Program-made: the position numbers and the translations under genes
Notes under the pieces: model-generated
Databases searched by the model: none
What the model was told of the DNA's origin: nothing
What the model saw: only the letters and a program-made list of their open reading frames with translations
Assembly (NCBI GenBank): GCA_000934665.2
Contig: KZ538396.1
Coordinates: 1 to 64,000, forward strand
DNA: 64,000 nucleotides
Reading direction: 5' to 3'
Origin: Catajapyx aquilonaris
Lineage: Eukaryota
Shown: positions 12,577 to 25,200 of the stretch, piece by piece
How the letters are laid out: each line of letters opens with the position of its first letter
Numbering within the stretch: the first letter of the stretch is position 1

Positions 12577-13426
12577 GGGAGAGGGCTGTACCTTGAGTAC
12601 AACGTACCTTGGAACACTCAATGTATCACAGCTCGTGTTGACATGTACCGGCCACTTTCTGAATCGAAGGATGCTTATGCCCCCTAGTTGGAAGCAGACC
12701 CTAGCAGGTAGCCATTTTGGAGGTAGTGAGTGGCGGAGGTGTTTTTTCATACTCAAAAGTAAGTTTTTTGGCAGGCCTTTTGTCGATTATTGCTCCTGTC
12801 ATATAACAGATTTGTAGTAGATGAAGTTCTGCTCTGAAGTGTACACCAATAGTCTACAGTGCTGAATCATTATTACCTACCAATCATGTAATGCACGAAA
12901 GAGAGGCAAGTTCATTTCTAAAAGTAGCCCTGCATGTACTATATCGCCCAAAAAGATAAGAGACGATTTTGCATTTGACTCAAGTGCAACTTGCACTTGA
13001 ATCAAATGCCAATCGTCTCTTATGTTTTTGAGCGATATAGTACCTTGGAACACATCAGCTAGGGTGTTGTGTCAGGGTGTCATCAAGAATAGTGTTCAAA
13101 ATTGGCTTTGAAAAGAATGAAAACTACAACGTGAAATAAAATATTTGCATTGTTGAGCCTAATATCATGCTGGAAAATAAATTGTTCCAAGGATACATCA
13201 GATTGTTCCAAGGTACATCAGCATGTTGTACCATGGAACATTTGCAACACTATCACATATTAATTATTTTTAGTAAAGTTATTAGTGACTTACAAAATGA
13301 GTAAGTTCCATTGTGTGGGCAACAATATGCTTTATACATGGACAGTTTCACATGTTGAAAACATGAACAACTTTACTAGATAAAAATAAATGTTGAAAAA
13401 GTGTTCCATGGTACAGCACTCTCCCC
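12577..13426. mobile_element. Nested TA-flanked non-autonomous element with internal GTACCTTGGAACA repeats
   Basis: TA|GGGAGAGGGCTGTACC...GGTACAGCACTCTCCCC|TA. Confidence 0.7.
12939..13040. mobile_element. 102-bp hairpin mini-element (CTAT..ATAG termini)
   Basis: Near-perfect palindrome; removing it plus one TA restores the host motif GTACCTTGGAACAC. Confidence 0.85.
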
Positions 13427-14149
13427 TAAAAATGGAGACAATTGTGATTGTACCAATGTGAGAATTCGAAAGTAATGCATCCGGGTCCGCCATTTAATGC
13501 ATCCCTTTTCAAATTTTTATCGGACCAGGTTATGGACCAATGCGAAAAATAAGGTCAGGAGTGAGTTCACAACATTTGCATGAAGGGGAACTCATGGAAA
13601 AGGGTCATAAAAACCTTATCTGACGCAGAATATGACCAGGGGTCCTCCAAGGCAACAAGCAAAATAAACGCAAAATGGATAGGATGTTTAGATGAGTCAC
13701 AGAGGCGAAGTTATTAATGGAATTGCGAGAGCGAAGGTGCTCAGATGTTCTCAAGATTATGCTTCAAAAGATAGTGCACATTAGAACTGCTTGTGGACTT
13801 TTAAAAGATGTGAAAAGACGCTGTGAAAAGTAGGGTTAAAAAACCTGGGGGGTCCGAAACTTTCCGTCCACCCTGTATGTATCTCTTAGCGAATCTGCTG
13901 AGAAAAACACAATTTCAAGGCAGAAATCAGAGGTGATGCGATCACGCGTTTTTCATTCACTAAGTAGGCCATGAATGGTAAATATGCAGTGATCAGTCAA
14001 CCCCAAAGGGATGTGAAATGATGCCAGATGTCTCATTTCCACTCAATATTGCCGCATTCCCGTTTTATTTAGGTTAATTCTCCGGCGTCCACCTTTGGGA
14101 CCACGCCCACTACTGGTACACCTACCTTATGTCTAAAGTGTCAGTCATT

Positions 14150-14490
14150 GGGGAGGTGTGGTGGCCGAGATGGTAACGTCTTTGCTTGCTGAGTGGAGGT
14201 CCCAGGTTCAATCCCTGCCTGGGAGTTCCCTTTCACCTGCGTCAGGTGGGTCTCTGACTCGCATCTTCGAGGTGTCTGGCAACCTAACCTCCTGGGGAAC
14301 AGCACAAGACTCGTTTAACGATATTGCACTTGCACCTACATTCCCACCCCTAAAATCCCTATCCTTACCCAATTTCCCTGATTTCCCTGCACCAAAGTTT
14401 GAAGTAAACATGGACATTATCAGAGAAAACTAGTGGTGTCCCACCCTCCTAAGAGAGCCACAGGCTCTACCATGGGATAAGTGAAAAAAA
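14150..14490 (+). mobile_element. tRNA-derived SINE
   Basis: A box TGGCCGAGATGG, B box GGTTCAATCCC; 5' part repeated at 18399-18560. Confidence 0.75.
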
Positions 14491-14603
14491 AGTGCCAGTC
14501 ATTAAATTATGATCATGATAATTTCAGTTCACGACTGCAACTACATTCCAGAAAATATTATTATTTATTACCCCTTTTCTTAGGTACAGACATTCCAGAA
14601 AAT

Positions 14604-14831
14604 ATGGCACTAGCATCACTTCAGAAGACGAATGAGTCCATAGCAAGCGAAGACTTAGAGACTAACTTTCCCCAAAAGATTGAGAAATTGATGGTGCATG
14701 GGATAAATGCAGGTGATGTCAAGAAGCTGGCTGAAGCAGGCTTTCATACAGTGGAATCTGTTGCTTTTGCCCCAAGGAAGCAGCTTATTACCATCAAAGG
14801 CATATCAGAGGCCAAAGCAGACAAATTAATG
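14604..14831 (+). CDS. RAD51: RAD51 coding exon 1
   Basis: MALAS...[19 protein letters not shown]...ADKLM; donor GTATGT; acceptor at 14582-14583 implies an upstream non-coding exon. Confidence 0.92.
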
Positions 14832-17800
14832 GTATGTTCAGTCATTTACGCCTTGCACGTATATTAATTAGTATACTTGATAACATTTACTCCTTTAGGC
14901 AGAAGCAAAGAAAATGGTCCCTATGGGATTCACAACTGCTACAGAGTTCCATCAGAAGCGCTCAGAAATAATCCAACTGACAACTGGATCCAAGGAGTTG
15001 GACCAACTCCTGGGTGGCGGGATTGAAACAGGATCAATCACAGAGATGTTTGGAGAATTCCGTACTGGGAAGACACAGCTCTGTCATACCCTTGCTGTAA
15101 CCTGCCAGGTTTGTATTAGTTCAGTTGTGGTTTTAGATCCTTGCTATACTTGAACATAAATATTTACTGTATACTTGGCTAATACACATGTTCCACATCT
15201 TATTGCAAGCAGATTTTGAAAGCGTGCATTTTACAAGTGCATCAAATTTTTTTTCCCCTCGTGATTGTCTAGGCCAAGAGAAATTGTTGCATTTTCCTAC
15301 ATGAATTAGAATACAGTTTTTATTTAGTTGCTACTTCACTCTAACAAGAATATTCCCCCATTGTTTTGTATTGATTTGCTGGCAAACATGGTGGCAGCTA
15401 TGCAAGGCAGGGGACAGGGCCCAAATCAAATTATGGTAAGACTGAGAAGTCCAGTTTCATGTTACAGGTGCTAGATACCCAGTGACAGCTAGTAGCATTT
15501 GGCTCATGCTCCTTTTTTAAAATGCAGCTGTATGAATGGGTGCTCTAAAATGAGCTTGTGTTCGTTTGTGTGCTTCTGGAAAGAGTTGTGGTTATTCCAT
15601 AAGGAGATGGTAGCATTAAGGCGTGTTCCAAAGCTCGCAAGAATTGATTGTAGTGAAAGCATCAGCAAGCCAATACTCGAAGCCCATTGTGGTCTGGGGA
15701 TTCTCGCTCGTGTTTAGAATTTGCTCCAGAACTCGCATTCTCATGAGCTTGGGAACACACCTTTAGGGATATCCATTAAAAACCTTTTGGTAGGGCTGCA
15801 AAAAATATCATGCTAGTGGTGCAGTTTGTTGTCTCACACAAACCTTTCACTGTTTAAAATTTTTAGTACCTTAATAAAAGCTCGTAAAATTTAGAGTTTT
15901 TAAAATTTTTATTGGTGGGATCAGGCCCTGCTGCATGTGGCTCTGCATGACATGAGGGGTGGGGTACCCCAAGAGTCAGTGGGACATACTGCTTGGGTGA
16001 CCCATAACAAGGTCTCCAGTATGCAGGGTTCTTGTCATCAGAGTTGTAGACAAGTTCATGTTATTAGTGCTTTCCTGTACATTGTTGAAAATTAAAGGAG
16101 TAGCACAAGTAATGCCTCCTAGCGGAGTTTTTCCTTTACATGAAGCAGCTTCATATAAAGGGAAAGCTCTGCCAGGAGGTGATACTTGTGCTTCTCCATT
16201 CATTTCCAACACTGTACATGTTTTCATTTTTTATAATTTATTATATTGATTTGGTTTTCAGCTCCCTATTGAGATGTGTGGAGGTGAGGGAAAATGTATG
16301 TATGTGGACACAGAAGGTACCTTTCGCCCAGAGCGCCTCTTGGCAGTTGCAGAAAGATATGGGATGTCAGGACCTGATGTCCTGGACAATGTAGCTTATG
16401 CGCGTGCCTACAACACAGACCATCAACAAGAACTGCTCATTCAAGCCAGTGGTATGATGATTCAGTCCAGGTAAATATCTGTCAGTGAGGTGGATATGTT
16501 CTGAACTTTAAAGTTGTGGTCTTCACAGGTACGCTCTTATGGTGATCGACAGTGCGACTGCATTATTTAGGACTGACTACTCGGGTCGAGGAGAGCTTTC
16601 TGCCCGGCAAATGCACTTGGCTCGCTTCATGCGCTCACTTTTGCGGATTGCTGATGAGGTAGGTGCTTTCCACTTCACTACTGGATCTGGTTACAATGAA
16701 TCTGATGGTGTGTAAAACAGTACCTATTTCATAGTAACAAGTTTTGTCTTTTGTATCAGCTGTTCTGCTCATAAGCAAAGAAAAAAGGTTTTCATGAACT
16801 GACACTCCAATACAGCTCAGTCACTTACATGAAATCTTGGGTGCATGTGGTTCCATCACACACACGCACACCAGATGAATGCATAAAGCTTTATGGACTC
16901 GTTTCTGATCGGATTGTGGAGTGAATTACAACCTGTAGGATGAAGTGAATTAATGCAACATTGGGCTCAGGCTGAACATATCAGGATCTGATAGGATCTC
17001 ACAGATTTCATGCAATATTTTGGGAGGAGTCTTGATCAAGAGGTCCAGACATAGCTGATCGTGTGCTAAAATGACTGGGTAGTATGAAAATAGACGAAGA
17101 AATCCTATACGGAATACATTTTTATTGCAACTGCCATTTTTATACTGGGGGTTGGGGGAGCTATTATCAGTATAACCTGAGACCGGGTAGGAAGAGGTCT
17201 CCTGAGGGACAAGTGTGGAGTTGTGTTTTGTCACCATGGTTTTTAGTAAGGTCCGGGCACTCCCTTTTTGCATGCACTTAGCTTTTCCACCCTACCCCCC
17301 ACCTCCTGCGGTCAGTGTCAGGGGACTGTTCTTACCAATCCCACCACCCTCACAAGTTTCTGAAAAGTAGGAAGCCAAATAGATTTCTGAGCAGGAAGAA
17401 AGAGTCTTAGACTAAAAGTCATGCAAAAACTCACTGCATTTGCTAACTCATTGGAGTTGTTTATGTGACATTTTACTGGCATTGGGGGCAGCCAAGAAAT
17501 TGCTGCTTTTCTGCCTCAATCTGATTGCTTCCCTACTGACATACTATAGTCATTTTGAGATCTACTTTCACACACCATTTTACTGGAAAAGAAGTATCCT
17601 TGGGGGCATAACACAACAACACTTTATGAAGGGACATTAACCCTTAGTGTGAGATTTATTTTAGTGCTTTACTCCAAGGGAGCAATAGGAGCAAGCAGCA
17701 TGTAATGCTTGCCAGTAGCACCAGCATCCAGACAGCTGGTGGCTTGGATTTTTTGCCGGTTTTTTAATCCCTTTGGAAGAACGGTTTATGAAATGATTTA

Positions 17801-18648
17801 AATTTACACAATCGTGATAACTGAGTAGCATCAACAACTGTGCTACCAGATAGACCCGAACCACATAGAATTTGGCTTATGTGTACTCCAAAGATACGCA
17901 CAAGATATTCTACAAATAATAACAGCTATACTTACCTGATCAGGGAAAACACTATGAATGTGTATGGAACAATTTTATTCGTCTAGAAGTCCCTAAATTA
18001 ATTACCCAAAAAATGTCATAAAAACTCGAAATTAGAGTACTGCCGACCAACTGTTTGGCTAATTTCATTACGAAATGCGTGAAAATATGCAGAATAACAA
18101 CCTTCAAAACAGTGACAGCTGAATTTGTTGAAATCGTCGTTCTTTGCGAGAAATAAATTAATACTTATTTGCGGGTTAGAATCCAGTCGATGAGAACTCA
18201 GCTCCAGAGTACCAGCGGTACTGCCATCGCCTAGATTCTAGGTGGCTGGGCCCGAAGGATTAAAATTATGAAATACATTTAAATAAATATCCTGAATATG
18301 TACCTGGAGAACAACATGGAAATTGGAGAGCCATATGAGATGAATTTGCTAAAATTGTCATACTTCGTGAGAAGTAAATAAATTTGGGAGTCTTCCGAAG
18401 GGGGAAGGTGTGATGGCCGAGATGGTAACTTTCTCAGCTTGCTGAGTGGAAGGTCCCAGGTTCATCCCCGCCTGGGAGTTCCCTTCCACCTGCGTCGGCG
18501 AGGGTCTCTGACCCGCACCTTGGAGGCGTCTGGCAACCTAACCTCCTGGGGGACTGCACATGACTCTCACATACACTACCAGTCAAATGTTTAGCATCAC
18601 CCCCATGCAGAGGTTTTTTTATTTCTCAAACCTAAACGTACAATACAA

Positions 18649-18687
<39 letters not shown>

Positions 18688-18689
18688 TA

Positions 18690-18756
<67 letters not shown>

Positions 18757-19218
18757 TATTATTATTATTTATTATTATTATTATTATTATTTATTATTAT
18801 TATTATTTATTATTATTATTATTTTTATTTATTTTTATTATTATTTTTATTTATTTTTATTATTATTTTTATTTATTTTTATTTATTTTTATTTATTTTT
18901 ATTTATTATTATTTATTATTATTTATTATTATTATTATTATTATTTATTATTATTATTATTATTATTTATTATTATTATTATTTTTATTTATTATTATTA
19001 TTATTTTTATTTATTTTTATTATTATTTTTATTTATTTTTATTTATTTTTATTTATTATTATTTATTTTTATTTATTATTATTTATTTTTATTTATTATT
19101 ATTTATTTTTATTTATTTTTATTTATTTTTATTTTTATTTATTTTTATTATTATTTATTTTTATTATTATTTATTTTTATTATTATTATTTATTATTATT
19201 ATTATTTATTATTATTAT

Positions 19219-19249
<31 letters not shown>

Positions 19250-22200
19250 ATTACCCCTTAGGTACATACCTATTTCTGGGGGGGGAGTTGCCCCTAGTCG
19301 GTTTACAATTTTTAATGACACATTATGAGGTCACTGATCTAGACAACTTGCATGTTACATACTGACACCTTTTTTTTCTTCTTCCAATTTACAATCTTTG
19401 TTAGTAGAAAAGAAAGAGGGGAGAAGGACAGAAATTATTGTAATTTTGAAACATAAAATAAAGTAATTACCCTTTGGAGTGGACCGGCCCATTGATCAAG
19501 AGATCTGGTATTTTGATTTCTTCTCAATGTCGCAAAAGATGAAATTTTTATGGAGCGTCAGAAAAAAACCATGGAGGGAGTAGATATTCATTTTTGTAAG
19601 ATCACCAAAAATTTTATGTATCAAATCCGGTGGGACCAATGGAATTTCTGCTAAGTGCTTTCGTCGTGCATGAAGCTGCATTCCTAAAGCAAGTGGTGTA
19701 GGGACCATAGGAACAATAATCATCGTCATTAAAATTTATCCTACTTGACCTTATTCCAAAACCCTCCGATTTGTTTCTCAGGTTGATTGCTAGTCTTGTC
19801 ATTTCAATTGGTAAGTTAAACTGTAGATAAAAAGCTGGAACGAGTCCGTTATAGTAGTCCTTGCTTGAGGATTTCTCGTATGCAAGGAAATCCAATTGTA
19901 TAGAGAGGTCTATTATGGTTTGTATTAGAGTCTTTGAATTAGCACTTCCGGGATCAATAAGCCAGCAATCCACGTCAGCACCCATGTTACGGAATAGCTT
20001 CTTTAAGTTCCACATCCAGGGAATTTGGCTTGAGGAGGGAGATTTTAAATAAGATAAGGCTTGATGTGACGGTAGACTAGGGTCCTGACAGGATATTTTA
20101 ACAATCATTGCTACCACTTGCTTCGCAATACAGTAAAACTTCTATAAGTCGAATCTCCATGGGACCGGAAAAAAACTTCGAGTTATAGAAGATTCGAGTT
20201 AGAGAAGTTTGGCGTTTTTTAAGCACAAAACTATATAAGGAAGCCTACCTTTATATCCAGCGCCGAAAGATGTTCAAAACTTCTGAATAACATACTGTCA
20301 CTAATACACTACTAATGTTCCTTATTGGCTTATTGCTGCTTGGAAAAAAACAACTCCGTAATGGCCATCTGCCTAGCCTTCGATCTACTTTCATTCAGAA
20401 TGAACGATTCTATAGTAACAATTGAATCAAACACGTCTCTTGGAACGTCGGATCTCGATTCCAGCCACACACGGAGACTTGACACTATTCTATTAGCTTC
20501 TCTCACTGTCGGGGGCACTGTCTGTGGTTCAGGGTCATCGTCTGAGTCGTCATGTAAATCTTCGCCTTCAGACTTTTTTTTCTGCGCCACACTGCGAAGA
20601 ATATCTTCTTCCGTGGGGTGGGCTGCAACTGTAACTCAACTATCAATGTTGGCGTACACATCAAATGTGACCTCGTCAGGTACGCTCAAATACTCGCGCA
20701 CTCGTTCCCAGGATTCGTCATTTTCGTTGCAACTCTCTTCATTTTCTATCTGTTGATCACCTTCCCTAATGAAGCCAGCTTTATGGAAGCAGTTGATTAG
20801 CGTCGATGTCTGGACTTCTTTCCATGCTGCCGCGATATGTCGGCAGCAATCCAAAAGAGAAATAGGGGGTGCACTGCTGGCACCGTCATCCAAAGCTTGT
20901 ATGATCAGCTGAATTATTCTTCTTCGGTACTTGTGCTTCAGGTTCTTAATGATACCCTGATCCATGGGCTGCAGCTTGGACGTAGCATTCGGAGGTAAAA
21001 ACACGACCTTGATGGCCTTCAACACTACTGACGTTATTTTTGGATGGGCAGGGCAATTGTCGACAAAAGGCAAAATTTTTCGCCTTTCGGATGCAAATTT
21101 TTTGTCGAGACTTACCAACCACTCCTCGTAAATCTCCGAAGTCATCCATGCCTTCTTATTGTTTTTGTACGTCAAAGGCAGAGATTTAACGTGCTTAAAG
21201 CAGCGGGGGTTTTTCGACTTGCCAATTAGAAGAAGCGGAAGTTTTTCGGTACCTGCCATGTTGGATCCCACCATGATGGTAACCCGCTCTTTGCTATGCT
21301 TTCCACCGTAGCACTGGTCATCTTTGAAAGCCAATGTTTTGTCAGGAAGGCATTTAAAAAATAAACCCGTTTCATCGGCGTTGAAAATGTCACTGTCACT
21401 GTATCCACGTAATAAATCTTGTAACACTTCCGATCTCCATTCTTCGCAGTCACTCTGATTCACATCTGCACTTTCCCCACAAACCTTTTTGAAGACGATG
21501 TTATTTCTCGTTTTGAACTTGTCCAGCCACCCGACACTTGCTTGAAAATCGTTGTAGCCAAGTTGTTTGGCAAAGTTTTCAGCCTTTTCCCGCAGAAGAA
21601 GGCCAGACAATGGAATGTTTTTGTTCCTGATTGTCGTCATCCATTTCAATACTGCTTCTTCCACGTCGGGATATCTCACCTCTTTCATGCGCTTCCTTGA
21701 TGACTCACATGTTGACTCCACTGCTTCTAATATTGCTTCTCTGTTCTTCAAAATTGATGAGAGAGTGTTGGCAGGTATTCCGAATGCTGGGGCAATATCT
21801 TTCTTTTTTCCACTACCCCTCTCCACCTCCCGTATTAATTTGGCCTTGTCTTGCAGGCTCAGTGTCTTTAGCTTGCGCTTCGCCATTGACATCTATTGAC
21901 AGGCACGAGCCCAGCCACTGTGGTGGAGAATACTGACTGCACTGAAATTTTGAACACAACAGTTTCCACGACCAATATCTGCACCCAAACCAATGACGCA
22001 TATGGCATAACATACTGTTTCGTTTAAGACGGCCAGGAAAGCGAGGATTACACGTGGCGAGATACTCGGTGAAGTTGGGGGTTACGCATGCGCAGTCGCC
22101 TACTTTTCCGAGAGGTGCCCTGTGAATCAGTGGCCAGCTGATTCGGGAGGCAAGTGAGCATGCGCTCGGCCGAGTACCTCGTCTCATGTAAACCCTGCGT

Positions 22201-25200
22201 CAAACGGAAATTCAACCGCAGATGGGAATGTCTGTGTGGACCCATATGGGACCCGGTGCGAATGGCATGAGCCATTGTTAGACTGAGATCAGGAAAGTGC
22301 CTTTCGGTACATGTGGCCTACTCTCGACCGTGGGAAATGAAAAAAAAAAGAAAAAAAAGGAAAAGAAAAAAAAAAGTGCTTGCCAACCTGAACTTCGACT
22401 TAGGGAGACTGAAAATGCATTGATATCCTTCCCTAAGGCCCTTCCAGAACTTCGAGTTATGGAGAACTTCGAGTTATGGAGAACTTCGAGTTATAGAAAT
22501 TCGAGTTAGGGAAGTTTATTTCCTATTCTTTTACATTGTGACCAACCAAACTCGTCATTTTATTCGACTTATAGAGAAGTTCGACTTAGAGAAGTTTTAC
22601 TGTATTTATAAACAGGTGGCGTATTCCCGTTTTGAGCCTCATGAAATAGGTGGCTGTGTTTCTTGGGAGTGTAAAAAATTTCCTGATAAAAAAAGATTGA
22701 ACCTTTTCAACCTCCAGCAGATAAGCTAGTGACCAGATCGGAGCTGCGTATAATGCATATAGAAAGTAAGTCCTGGCACTCCCTGATAGCCTCCTCAATT
22801 CCTAGACCAGCAATGTTCCATGAGCTGCATTTATACTTCTGGATAGACGGCCTTGCACTAGTATTGGAAGGGACAGAAACGTGAATGGCTTGCGCCATCC
22901 GCATGGGGAAACAGGGGCACTGAATGCATCGGGCTTGGTATGTAATTTGGGGGCTGAAACTGCACCGACACTCGGGGACAGGGCCGTAGCAAAACTGACT
23001 CGTGGGTTAATTCTAGTTGGATCAGGTGGAGAAATCGGAATAACACATGCACTTGCACTCCACGTTGAAGATTCTGATACACTAGGTGTAACACTGGCGT
23101 TGGAGGGTGAACCGAACTGGACCATCACTTGTTGGATGATCACACCGCTGTTGCATAGGTACAGGGTGTCCCACTACCTCCCGAACCGGGAAAATGGCGC
23201 ACAACTGGTAAACCACTTGATGTAGGGCGATGAAATTTTACGGGTACATACCTTGGTCTGTGAAAGTAACATATTGTCATAGAAGATGCTGAAAGTGGCC
23301 CCCGTTTGCCTCCAAGCAGGTCTGAACACGACGCTCCATGTTCGCAGAAATGCAGGCCAGCATCTCGGGAGTTATCCCCTCAATTGCGGAACGGATATTT
23401 TCCTGCAGTGCTGGGATAGTTCTTGGTTTGTTTTTGTAGACCTGTCCTTTTAGGTAACCCCACAGGAAATAATCCGGTGGAGTTAAATCGGGTGATCGTG
23501 GTGGCCAAATCCTCTTGGAAATGACTCGGCCTGGGAAGAAGGAATTGATGCCGGCCATGCTGACCCTCGATGTGTGGCATGTTGCTCCGTCCTGCTGAAA
23601 GTAGCCAAATCATGGATACACGATTTGACCGGAGGCTTCCGGCCACGAAACTTCTTCACGAATTCCACTTGACACTGCTTGAATGACTGGGTTCTCCAGT
23701 ACGTGCGCACCAGAAACACACGCTCTTCCAGAGTGTAGTGGTACATGCTTGCGCCTTATTCCGCTCAGCACACACCTGCAGCCAGTTTTTCTCATGGATC
23801 AAGCTATGTCCCCGTAAAATTTCATCGCCCTACATGAAGTGGTTTACCAGTTATGCGCCATTTTGTCGGTTCGGGAAGTAGTGGGACACCCTGTAGAAGC
23901 TGCTCCTGATGCTCCTTTGCTGTTTTTCTTTGTTGACCTTCGGTCCAAGGGCGATGTTGAACTGCCCCTTTTATTTCGAGTGGTAGTATGGAGCTTGTTC
24001 TGCAGTGGTTCAACGTGGCCCTCACCAGATTCATTGTTCTGAAGTTCCTCTACAACGTAATAAATCTTCCATCCACCCTTAGTTTGTCTCGTCAAATAGA
24101 CGCTTTCTTGCCCATCTCCTTGAACTGCCGCATATATGGTAGCAATTTTTTTCGTATATCTCGGGTCTCGAGTGAGAAATCCTCCGATATAGAAAGGACC
24201 TGTTCAAGTAGCCCCGCTACCTAAATGGCAACCATCTTGCGCATCTTGTAGTGTATAATCTATGCACCTAGTTTTACGCTAAAGGCCGCTGTGTTCGCCA
24301 CTGACTATCTTTGATGTGGTAGGGGTTGCTACCTAGTGGCCTTGGTAGGAATCAAAACATGTTGTCACGTGGTGAACTGTTTTATTAGTTGATTTAGAGG
24401 CAGGAAAACTTGTGTGGTTTTTACCCCGTAAAAATGTTGTAAGAATATTCGTGCGAGACAAATGCCGCCTCAGGGAACCGATATGCGAAATGCAAGCCCC
24501 ATCGAGATATCACGCGTTTGCACAATCGCATATCTCTCCCTCTCTCCCTCTCCTCTCTCTCACTCTCCCCTAAAAGAGAGACAGGAGCGAGGGGCGGACT
24601 CAGCATGGCGTTCGTTGGCAAAGCAAGGGCGTACTCTTTCTCCAAACTGATGAAGGTCACCCTTTAGAAGCATTCTTCCATTGAATGACATACATTAGAG
24701 TGGCTGGGCAGCAACATTTTGATCCAACTCCCCTGCTTTGCCAAGTTTCAGTGATCTGCACTAATCTAATGACACGAATCATTGAGCCATGTGGGTGGCC
24801 TTTCTTTGCCAGGATAACTTTGAACAGGTCCTTTGCGAGGACTTCAATTTGTATGCGTTCCTCAAAATCGCTTCTTTATCTTTGTAGAAGTAGCATTTCA
24901 GGATGATTGGTCTCGCTCGGTCCGGGATGATTCTTCCCATTCGATGGCTGCGCTCAATAGGTAAATTGGGATTGGGGAGTACCCCAAGGTCAGTCAGGGT
25001 CTTCACTACTTTGAACTCTGCATCCCCCCACATTTCTTGACCATCAGGAGCCACCCCAAATATAACGCTATTTCTTCTTCTACCTCGGTCTGCCATATCC
25101 ACGATCTTGGATTCCAACGCCAAAATCTTGGTGATCGAGAACTCCAGTTGGTTGGCAAGGTCCGTCATTATGGACCGTAGCTCGTTCACTTTTTCACTTT

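Larger units (their letters stand above)
12019..13875. mobile_element. Long-TIR CAGGGTG element (arms ~440 bp) carrying nested insertions
   Basis: TA|CAGGGTGGACGGAAAGTTT...AAACTTTCCGTCCACCCTG|TA; 12019-12460 is the reverse complement of 13427-13875. Confidence 0.9.

Noticed and set aside
18560..19261. 233-aa hydrophobic ORF
   Set aside because: Translation of a TTA microsatellite, not a gene.
20330..21892. Domesticated TIGD host gene
   Set aside because: Retains TIRs and a TA TSD, interrupts a LINE and has a nonsense codon.
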